A program made the position numbers and the translations under genes. DNA of 64,000 bases from a virus (lineage: Duplodnaviria > Caudoviricetes). The notes under the pieces were generated by a model that was given only the letters and a program-made list of their open reading frames with translations, was not told the DNA's origin and searched no databases. Shown here piece by piece: positions 49,301 to 52,177 of the stretch (within the stretch, counting starts at the first letter, position 1; every line of letters starts with the position of its first letter). The stretch lies in IMG/VR virus record IMGVR_UViG_3300033064_003431, positions 1,124 to 65,123 of that record; one strand, given 5' to 3'.

Positions 49301-52093
49301 TGCACTTACGTCTGTGAGGTTAACGCCCTGCATAGCCGGGCCCACTACCTCTTGATTCACTGGGTCTCTGAGCACATCAGTATCTATATATCCCACTTTG
49401 CGCTCTGCTATTCCTCCTGCCATGAACTTTTGAACTTTACCACCCATATTTTTTAGGCTGGCATAAAATTCTTGCTTGTGTGAAGTTCTTGTTTTTCGGG
49501 TCCCAGACCCTATTCCAGAATAATATTCTAAATTTCCTAAATTAGGATTATCTGTACTATCACTATCAAGCAATGATTCCTCAAAATATGTACCAACTTT
49601 GTCTTCGTCAATTCTTTTTGCTAATAGTTTACCAACTAATACATGGTTCGGCACCTTGTCTGATCTAAACTTTATTTCTCCCCAGTTTCCATCGGTGACG
49701 TTTGACGAGGATTGGGAAGCAGGATTGTAAGTATCAACAGGATGTGTTGGATCTGTTGACGGTGATTTTAGAGCATATCTAGCTTTTATAACTTGTTCAT
49801 ATCCTTCTCCCCACACCTTTTCGATATTTCCATACTCTTTTCCCAAATCTTTCATTCGTGGGGTGGCCTGAGATGTGGGCCGCTGGGCTAAAAATAATTG
49901 CGTCCTACCCGGTCCTGTTTTCATGATCTGCCTAAGATCTGAAGAAATCTCCGTAGCCCTATTTTTTATGACATCTATCTCTCCACTGCTTAGTGGTGCT
50001 GGAGCAGTCTCCTTATCAATATCTATAATATCGGCCGAGGCTGTATCATCATTCTCCAAGAGGGGCAGTCCGTTATTACCTAATTTCTTTTTTCCTAGTG
50101 CTACTGCTGGTTTCTGATTTTCTGCTAGCTTATCTATTCTAAACGGCCCACCTTGTGCAAGCTTTTGAACCGCCCCACCACCTGAGTATCCCCCAACCCT
50201 AATATTCCCCCCATTACTCTTATTCATCTTATGCAAGTTACTAGCACCCAGAGTATCCACAGCCTTTTTACGAATAACAAACTCGCCCGGCTGTAACATC
50301 GCTGGCACAGTATCCCCACTACCACTGCCCGGTACAAATCCACCCCTAGCAAACGCCCGCACCCTTCCCCCACCAGATAAACCGGTACCACTAGATCTAC
50401 TACTTAAAACAGCAGTTTCTAATGACTTTAGGGCCGTGGTAACACTTAATAATGCAGAAGTATTTTCTCCTAATGCCACTTGTAATCTGCTACTAGTATC
50501 TGCTGTTGCTTTTTCTTTTGCAGCAGCGGCGACCTCCTTGGTTTCTCCACCAGCAGCACCTGCGGGGTTTTTACCTAACCCACCCATAAAACCACTACCA
50601 AATTCCATCAGGGCCTTACCACCTTTGATAGCACCCAGTATAGCTAGGTATGGTAATATTGGTTTAAAAGCACCAACAATACCAATAAGTGTACTAGTAA
50701 GAGTTAGCCCCATACTAATTACATTTTGAAATGTTTTACTCTCTCCCAAAGCTCTTACCAAACCCAAGAATTCTTCTTTGGTCTTTGTAAACTGTACTGC
50801 TAGTGCAGATTGTGCTTTGGCTGCGTCGTTACCCAAACTACCAGAGCCCTTCTGTGCTACTGCTAGGGCAGCTTGTGCTGTGGCGAATTCTTGAATAAGG
50901 GGGATGACCTTACCAATTTGGCGAAATCCACCTAGCTGTTCTACTATATTACCAAATCTTAAATCTCTGGTATCTAAACCAGCTAATCCTTCACTAAGCC
51001 TTCGCACTGCCTCATATGGTCCAACGAACTTCCCCTCTAGATCTGTGAGTTCTATACCATATTCTCTCAGGGCTGCTATAGTACTTCCTCTTTGAATTCT
51101 GGTAAAAATAGTTCTAAGACCAGTAGCAATAGTTTCTGCGCTTTCACGAGTTGTGGCTCTAACGCTAGTAAAAACAGCCATAAATTCGTTTAGGGCTTGA
51201 GTACCAGAGCTAACTCCTTTACTGGCGCTAGCAAATACTCCTCCGGTACGTTGAATAGCGGTAATTATATCTGCGGATTCCACAGCAAAAGCTGCTGCTA
51301 CCGCATTAATAGATCCTAGCGCCCCCTCCAAATCTTTAGTGGCTATACCGAACTGTCTCATCGCAGCAATCGCACCTTCTGTTGTTTCTGCCATAGTATC
51401 AAAAGACGGTGCCAAAGCAGACTTGGCCAAAGCTTCAAGGGCTATTCTAGTTTCATCAGCCGATAAACCAGCTTGGGCTAATGTGGCACTCACAGTAATC
51501 AATTCAGACGAACTCACACCAAAAGTAGTAGCTAATCTTGTTACCTCATCTCCCAAACCTTTAACAGAGGCTGCTGATCCTCCTGTTACCTGCTGCAATC
51601 TTACCATTTCTCTATCAAAATTTACAAATTCCGCAAAAGCACTAGACAGAGCTCTTGAGAAACCATAGATAACTCCTGTGACAAGGCTAAAAGCAGCGAA
51701 TCTTCTAACAGCTAATGCGCTTTGTTTACCAAACTCCGCCATTTCAGAAGACGCTTTACTAACTGCTGCTGCCGTAGACGCTGACTCTGTTTTTATCTTA
51801 GATATACTTTGGGCCGCTTGGTCGGAGGATGCCGAGACCCTGGATGAGACAGAACTAATACTGGACATTGTGCTAGATAGTTTTACGGCGTTGGAGCTGG
51901 CCTCTGTGAGCGCCACACTTAGCGCCTGAACGCTCGCTGTGACTCCTCGAATATTATTAGCAGCGTTATTAGAAATAGATATTTTAAGATCTGTTTTAAT
52001 AGCAGATAACTCTCTGCGTATATCTGCAACCACGGTTTTTAGATTCGCCGGGCCCTGTATGTTTATTTGTGCTGTTAAATTAAAAGCTGCCAT
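31304..52093 (-). CDS. giant (6929 aa) tail tape measure protein carrying multiple enzymatic cargo domains
   Basis: The N-terminal ~500 aa is a TP901-type tape measure core (FDREMVRLQQVTG...LATTFGVSS.E...LAQAG...SAETIATGLRTIFTRI). It lies after tail tube and chaperone genes, has nine DTVPAMLxxGEFV modules, and has an AGGAG RBS. Confidence 0.93.
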   Translation of the reverse strand: MAAFNLTAQINIQGPANLKTVVADIRRELSAIKTDLKISISNNAANNIRGVTASVQALSVALTEASSNAVKLSSTMSSISSVSSRVSASSDQAAQSISKIKTESASTAAAVSKASSEMAEFGKQSALAVRRFAAFSLVTGVIYGFSRALSSAFAEFVNFDREMVRLQQVTGGSAASVKGLGDEVTRLATTFGVSSSELITVSATLAQAGLSADETRIALEALAKSALAPSFDTMAETTEGAIAAMRQFGIATKDLEGALGSINAVAAAFAVESADIITAIQRTGGVFASASKGVSSGTQALNEFMAVFTSVRATTRESAETIATGLRTIFTRIQRGSTIAALREYGIELTDLEGKFVGPYEAVRRLSEGLAGLDTRDLRFGNIVEQLGGFRQIGKVIPLIQEFATAQAALAVAQKGSGSLGNDAAKAQSALAVQFTKTKEEFLGLVRALGESKTFQNVISMGLTLTSTLIGIVGAFKPILPYLAILGAIKGGKALMEFGSGFMGGLGKNPAGAAGGETKEVAAAAKEKATADTSSRLQVALGENTSALLSVTTALKSLETAVLSSRSSGTGLSGGGRVRAFARGGFVPGSGSGDTVPAMLQPGEFVIRKKAVDTLGASNLHKMNKSNGGNIRVGGYSGGGAVQKLAQGGPFRIDKLAENQKPAVALGKKKLGNNGLPLLENDDTASADIIDIDKETAPAPLSSGEIDVIKNRATEISSDLRQIMKTGPGRTQLFLAQRPTSQATPRMKDLGKEYGNIEKVWGEGYEQVIKARYALKSPSTDPTHPVDTYNPASQSSSNVTDGNWGEIKFRSDKVPNHVLVGKLLAKRIDEDKVGTYFEESLLDSDSTDNPNLGNLEYYSGIGSGTRKTRTSHKQEFYASLKNMGGKVQKFMAGGIAERKVGYIDTDVLRDPVNQEVVGPAMQGVNLTDVSAYKAYLSKLAASSRKEGSLAKLRTIAGMAGSGKSSLMLGGSQSTASDNAKLRRTTRFPILRPEDIKLASEVIDTTSTVTPEKLDDYLKMSDKIYILSTSTKEEQTELKRRRESRDTTGVNLFGRKPGATSGAERDSGPLEAMLGSDIDGSKLRTLGISSDYKLRRKENIEVEKKKIALLHGSLSPSTIGHESLRAAAIAMGIPLEDFLVLISNDEGITSADSHSLRTAVFDQDFRVLAAQAAFKGSMVSKQTNRGFVLPDVMEISQGPSGKRRFVRPEKGSLAMMVADEGKNLKKYLDKGYQPVQIPRTGGVSGTMARESILGGDLEEMKKILSPDVFSLVSQYLPQLQNRSSILPRIVEHSKKRQAYSLADITKELAALPQRIESKKVASDPEYAAMADQVKELRNRRDKINSRASFEPFGILRNLAARYPETYGLQPDGTLSRAVRESVRDQGIVAAKSKPKNPGGAENPKFIAGGKPKSALGATAAEISSMLQGSNMPEDLKFGQFSGVDITAGMVRQTWRANYDGSMSADKAASYGAVRDYFLEKFNSNKEIQAARLARRTAAATQVGLVGLLPYDHDEDLGPFDIQGRDVVIHERGLPTRFKPMVEKMQASSTDTVRQLATDLQSEITTGGLSSGQQMVYDFDQTLVTGADLYDAKGNIDVLGYSDTKRVGEALKKGELTPLGIDLKDKLTKYPELLQNLRISTARPPNNEALIAQRLAELGLNIPADKITGMNGADKSKNLKPDETLVDDNIQTIERVRKAGMKGVQYSPSLSELSQNTSMATGQANIEGAVIEQAMAVFGAPIVEDATATRAIDYPNGLGGRATSFFPGITSSMPTEVKRTIDSKSRAKAIGEFTRYLFPEPEPVAEPEPVPVGKNLGGRIHKFASGGFVPGSGSGDTVPAMLEPGEFVIRKKAVETLGVNNLQSMNKSGGGMIQKFANGSKVEKLGQEVYGLIEQNGLKNETSSIVQFANSAGYGLEEFKTYLAKRVAQKNSKAGIKTDPKALAELLKEPSFKTSTPAQLALAAKLKGPSDAAYTPTLSPAENMLAIKRAIRGYAVGGVTEENKIKQAAKIGLTIKPGRVSAKYLPDANASGEVVADRLQELGSAPLFSVQSSSATSGYGPKLYDAVMEGVTQSGNQLVSDRHRVSASAFNVWKYYFKNRGDVNKTPLSPPSWYDGPEWFDQSKFASPDPKTWPPTTDDSWILQTGYTKSPSDINNPNMVQRLALGGLVPESVFGTGEMSFPASVKEKYTSEQMKTIQRALTDPNTMQNERVIVDDKAVQDQFNQKPLDKSAFISSFTKQISRDSLFSDMANFAKAIGIPGESLTSILPQLIDFEAPSEAEPNAFFDREAMGSFGVGATELANFGWTAQNEQDLYGYRALVKENSDKLMQTISSSSHDPKVAAELWDKEAALGLKLGEIRDLRIEAAQAARKVKQSKVKETGRGALSFSTSETSPALPNSVLYHELTHQVFNSLRTKVPESFDKYKTKVSGLFEGDNDDVANAVDALPGLNYNSADMAYGRQYKINSLFRSMVPLRGSLDAKEKESFEAMSKVRQQGEDLKQARTFKPFNPEINKALLNSKVDQTRINRMEDSGKEEFLTTLVQNIPNLDNNLNLILESTLTDLLGSAGISRQKFAKGGAASDTVPAMLTPGEFVINKKAAQSIGYSKLARMNHADKIQGFARGGVVGGVQHFAIGGEAIAQNQIRVNTAVTSMSKKDAAIVRAAMKKNSDAFDALSMQLYDAGKGTTDVVAALKSMARSISAGNTAEQSRIKALSAVAVTSATTYDNRVGAAKQHAAESEGLTGPKSRTRDTFDPSVRPDVRDADQLETTKAELKDRLVEKQASGAFDKPAKPLETSFLQKGLDTLKTKIGEVVEGLGGPMVVFGLITTAAGNAIASMIDEVTAAQPAMAGMIQAMKDVGPAMLGTQKLAAQAGLGKTGQGVAMATTAITQGVSSYVSGADTQAAKNSAARMAKSGESFDKEAAKVSGPELKLAPGESVNDVMNKMRDNLGAMASEIGTPLENSTLLLSTQFKNAADAAGSFVIALLTALGAMKSASGQSSGGVVYRSRGGSSSDGVNFAPKGTDTVPAMLTPGEFVINKQASSKHSSLLSSINSGKYKTGGVVYAAKGMTTAIDKGGNSNIGMFATFFSQLNKTWNPTTWGDVVTEKQDGVDKALQTVSRVAAVTAVVAGSVAVAVAAIPTAVVGGGAVAAETAAAGAGATTVAAEASAAASTTAAAATTSWTARILASVGSLLTLKFALGGVAGTLAAVSSWRGSSSLSETQQQNIRNSPQLLDRETKMAGIRTEIYGDTNDIRSTVKAGEKLTGRAREIYYSGQGMPLEEGAIRTQSRMLTKEGKNKYEIDIKEEDNLKKVLEKARKEDAEYNTANPTQPKRDRAGKLEKDAKSRLDQEAYITAETAQPNRIDETDIQKTERMAKETNMVFGEGADEKYQKAQAKQQQDTTNGTSTLTDAENELIQTTERVVESVRVEKAERNAAILATTNANRKLKELNNETDRFVAQMTALSNSISRASKEMGISIAMTRNRVGTKAGEEGTFTVDRTNEAVLGNVGAYSATEVRAAATQTGNQAGMPPEVSNALADSAVANQILVHQLPKIMADAAANPGLSDPDDEIEQKLTEAFKAANLSDPTKASERVASVMDTIKQARGSGAADTSIAGINKMAEMVAATTESAAGLKVLQEQARALNDALEAMTGEAIKASGAFGKAQEYRNTAQNIRTEGANSLAKAQGKNVSLDQQSKPLNDIIASLTNTPTLGGGSTTDAAEIGRRLDRLDDDLPKAQTQMRDAVAADAKAGIEPGKGGAGDKATDRFVGLKKESDNLAKALGKLATDTTRASSALSRIQDLEMSYKGPQDKMLELMTNIDNPEYQNNVINQANSLDRVMRGTASRSDFKDAVEGQKYRELSMTSEEAKASRLEFATRGAEGLSKETNGQITPEAILKIFRYNNEGDTRMEEATAKFIEATERQAKANDITAGRFDAAGIAFKAGVVSAGLDFYNKVQEAAQLIADVNQADKAAKQGRDDARDAQNTTPPDAEKMAAAAEAQSKAAAEQVRAAAAQAQAAEAQKQAAAAAAAAPPRQWSFGMGYANGGPIYASKGSYINFQPKGTDTVPAMLTPGEFVVNRAATQKNLPLLKNINSGTQEFSNGGIVYAEGGMKIPKLPNARTKNDQQSPGAFNKVTAWLSDWIGWSKSPDQGNMLEQFQATLGGFAQSLLPAVLGTVGSIVGGTIGSLAVPPFGTVVGAIGGGMSGVKLGEYLNSVIYDSFENTALIQDFQKAMNENPRSALVGDVVGGIASVATAGVGKVGGKTIEQLIKTGTATLTKNMASSTLSRSGATAGSQLGEAMTAIITKMDNVVAASSSSAVPGIIKRARQTIIEYGKDKTKDSAINMSMSTIFGPEQYSSGGVVYASNGALINFQPRGTDTVPAMLTPGEFVVNRAATQKNLPLLKSINGGAQGYENGGVVYLKSGGVPQRKNRKEFDKSGRFVRDLGPDYTTLDIMGEEFPQEMKWGIAANLWNDLSSITGQPKNQDMKYLNELANGGGLGSFFSVKFAQMFRNIHSIIKNQRETSLPYKRSEDLMTHFLRPYIGEFNYRDKTNNKNLEGLDFTTMLSQTPQIFAAIDSHLGLEAFGDTQYRFKDPKRKIQAQGNATNIIKNLTPDIDNILELVKIRDMNKTQERSLFGQEEGSTRNGRSNENLRVPITNTVRRWVKKQAQPSEKRAREQLALDKRESPREYKDGTLENKGLREQQSANEVRTDQIVRDLYSNKKTKDVDGFLKWIRTPGEATTIADDFAKINTWEKTPGIINIPGNMIEQMSLIAQANLSPTQRALFETRSQRDADITEQAVNTTEVKDVLHRQNILQSLIGVRKQGILQTPGMTNVLNESSDAKSDGQRQLQEQGRKGEVYKESRGDITNLVKQGLGYEGAQGSGLTPAERKEWERKRNQLLARPVGSTVPVRLGPSDPSGSTEPLFRRKLAELERQETDADIEKDARELAKKEREIYTPKPKPIIPETYEDIYKPIDMSGMRSPEIQLGIAEREIYAKNLYLEEIFGLERTPSRYVYANPNAFAGIPKNKEYQNVRSPDIISTLVSQKEHDVNSIEPLEYGLKNGPLKSDVAPLGRWGYEMDDREQSVEDVINAALSLYNGFYTDTGREDKEVMDYNQALSSYIYRAKMSKWHKIEPDSEDLDRTYMMDTAGAESLIQQLATQRESRSPRNKVLAQLDNSYETTTEENKAISAQNMENDKARKEAAKQPKESASGYDAFLSDDDIRILNDIQRPFSKSMIEADNQSINLNSYLMKSGRELKPKIPTIQRLFPSQPMTRQNADNNISDFVKIISHAMGMGYKNVVISLVPDISGGLLDSGKGVTGYEGSSSTEEIIPDVFGHLDATRKRLSDPKKAVKYLSKGSHINFQPKGTDTVPAMLTPGEFVVNRAATQKNLPLLKSINSGAGTKGYQKGGVAYLKIGGETAEQWLNTSVWKDSDIWDKDTTTAFEKQDLVGIRSGSFGPSLRSPGSSSPGNYDDSQWRTLRLLIPPVFGQNPAIAMRKKRFEGAAVEAGISPLKNLWFSTDNYGGFQTKEEYTDWKIKNPKPTPIVTTPAVTAPAGTALPPNMTSVATPAGLGTSMQQMFTGLGALNPKSEPEVAAPPTVSWTPPSAGWMSRGEPMRIGGSKAENWLVPEDWPINDNPRESYLHTLWEKTTSDAFEQKMQGWNTSGQYDDVEWASLKQNISQAIDSLQPREFEKLGVQKIVSPTLGGDRLYGGRKGLTNREWIAQIRGGQVNIPNLISSIDDLKGYENMAARDDAAKVGAAVPPAAGPAPAAAPVAAVAPAAGVAVAPAAGVMAAPAPVAAPAPVVAAPPPIPYYDELTYKEAIYKGLKYRQRPFAPDRNLFKTGAKYVGGDQVNDPKLKEKMRTGYTGKEDDPDDDVEQVDGAIIARAEVFVAELKAKYYERYKLVVDRFRQQNGQGDDLSFGQYVYFPMSRESLGGWDVDADYKKIIGNNPDLDPTLLDLLNDLRYNPTTRVTGIDTRVTGGAAASAGVDEKGKPLPGIGMLGDPAGFQAYVQEMIKFKEDGLDNVMKLLGDIDPTSPPTFTDELKAGVDAFIPSLVGSNAKTRTILDSLKPQRLMTLSEMNGDSLQEMIDFPLAQLNLPLLQMAEDPNHKAEIDPIIAAILTSQALQMEWKIRQTRALAKEKIPFQRRPLVDGSENIVAAPIESQLSPQEKETTLRPPPPVRPQDRKKRPKDLQGDIGNDQLRAYKGSGSQFESSYVLYRRTLGEYNYDAMLRANGQAYINSSPNGKERRKKQDDANIEARRSQYGWPQYDPQYAQNGGPIYRSRGGSSSDGVNFAPKGTDTVPAMLTAGEFVVNREATQKNLPLLKSINGGARGYENGGVAYLKGGGEGILKQFNAVTKIGKNANKALKADDILQSLMAALNLGESGAKALLQLPSLLPSSLLSMLETRIPQLTLFNAAAGLVYKLAGAAIESDSQETGETAAIKGGLRAAEITTSLGATIAAGKAIAGNAVGAQFIGGLASKGGAWLTLLQGAYDGYNDSKAQAQGMDPVTRTFLGLASGSASSGGADTGAAVSFVRGRPLTENEDEQLAHYEATARGAMVGAIIAGPPGAIAGAAVGAASETTKVGYQVWTLWGENAKRQKKLDDQLVQIKRDIKLRQNMRINLEKLMAQRMTLEVGSIAHTNIINTINTQKKDLRDMGAEVDEDEITGRLAQAKTDTTRFGPTQMSSGGTVYASQGSHINFQPRGTDTVPAMLTPGEFVVNRASTAKNLPLLRAINNRGSYYNRGGAVKYLHDGGGPDGPSGVYNSVKLDIGDFSASTQTFLSDIKLAFKDGATSITSALGSLGNIKDSFSGLGGVTAGLTTAATLLQTNMGSLSTSLTNIATVLADIPKSIDFKVSGSIPINITVDVNGGDGLEAKLKPFSEQIFQAIEVGLKNAFPLSGITFDKTIVTD
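31772..31988 (-). repeat. TMP linker module copy 9 (aa 6725)
   Basis: MSSGGTVYASQGSHINFQPRGTDTVPAMLTPGEFVVNRASTAKNLPLLRAINN...YNRGGAVKYLHDGG. Confidence 0.95.
33005..33235 (-). repeat. TMP linker module copy 8 (aa 6315)
   Basis: YAQNGGPIYRSRGGSSSDGVNFAPKGTDTVPAMLTAGEFVVNREATQKNLPLLKSINGGARGYENGGVAYLKGGG. Confidence 0.95.
34626..34800 (-). repeat. GC-rich low-complexity Ala/Pro/Val repeat within TMP
   Basis: Encodes AAVPPAAGPAPAAAPVAAVAPAAGVAVAPAAGVMAAPAPVAAPAPVVAAPPP from degenerate 18-21 bp units. Confidence 0.8.
35808..36005 (-). repeat. TMP linker module copy 7 (aa 5380)
   Basis: YLSKGSHINFQPKGTDTVPAMLTPGEFVVNRAATQKNLPLLKSINSG...YQKGGVAYLKIGG. Confidence 0.95.
38805..39015 (-). repeat. 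TMP linker module copy 6 (aa 4383)
   Basis: YSSGGVVYASNGALINFQPRGTDTVPAMLTPGEFVVNRAATQKNLPLLKSINGGAQGYENGGVVYLKSGG. Confidence 0.95.
39750..39960 (-). repeat. TMP linker module copy 5 (aa 4069)
   Basis: YANGGPIYASKGSYINFQPKGTDTVPAMLTPGEFVVNRAATQKNLPLLKNINSG...FSNGGIVYAEGG. Confidence 0.95.
42890..43100 (-). repeat. TMP linker module copy 4 (aa 3024)
   Basis: GGVVYRSRGGSSSDGVNFAPKGTDTVPAMLTPGEFVINKQAS...INSGKYKTGGVVYA. Confidence 0.93.
44190..44385 (-). repeat. TMP linker module copy 3 (aa 2581)
   Basis: QKFAKGGAASDTVPAMLTPGEFVINKKAAQSIGYSKLARMN...FARGG...FAIGG. Confidence 0.93.
46495..46660 (-). repeat. TMP linker module copy 2 (aa 1834)
   Basis: HKFASGGFVPGSGSGDTVPAMLEPGEFVIRKKAVETLGVNNLQSMN. 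The DNA is very similar to copy 1, 3720 bp away. Confidence 0.95.
50215..50385 (-). repeat. TMP linker module copy 1 (D at aa 594)
   Basis: RAFARGGFVPGSGSGDTVPAMLQPGEFVIRKKAVDTLGASNLHKMN. Confidence 0.95.
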
Positions 52094-52113
52094 TTAATTT
52101 ACTCCTAAACAGC

Positions 52114-52147
52114 AAAAGCACCAACGCTCGTGTTGCGTGATGCCTTT
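52114..52147 (-). terminator. terminator/attenuator-like hairpin between the chaperone gene and the tape measure gene
   Basis: The minus strand reads AAAGGCAUCACGC-AACACGA-GCGUUGGUGCUUUU: a stem with G-U pairs and one bulge ending in a U-run, about 20 nt before the TMP start codon. Confidence 0.55.
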
Positions 52148-52177
52148 GTGTCTTGTCTTATAAAAAACAAAATAATA

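Noticed and set aside
31772-50385. Dispersed repeats as a CRISPR array or DGR template/variable repeats
   Set aside because: The copies are kilobases apart, in frame and protein-coding. Differences are not adenine-specific, and no reverse transcriptase or cas operon is present in the window.
31485-51929. Numerous + strand ORFs (60-250 aa) opposite the TMP, and similar ones opposite other genes
   Set aside because: These are antisense shadows of long coding frames, with no RBS or recognisable motifs.
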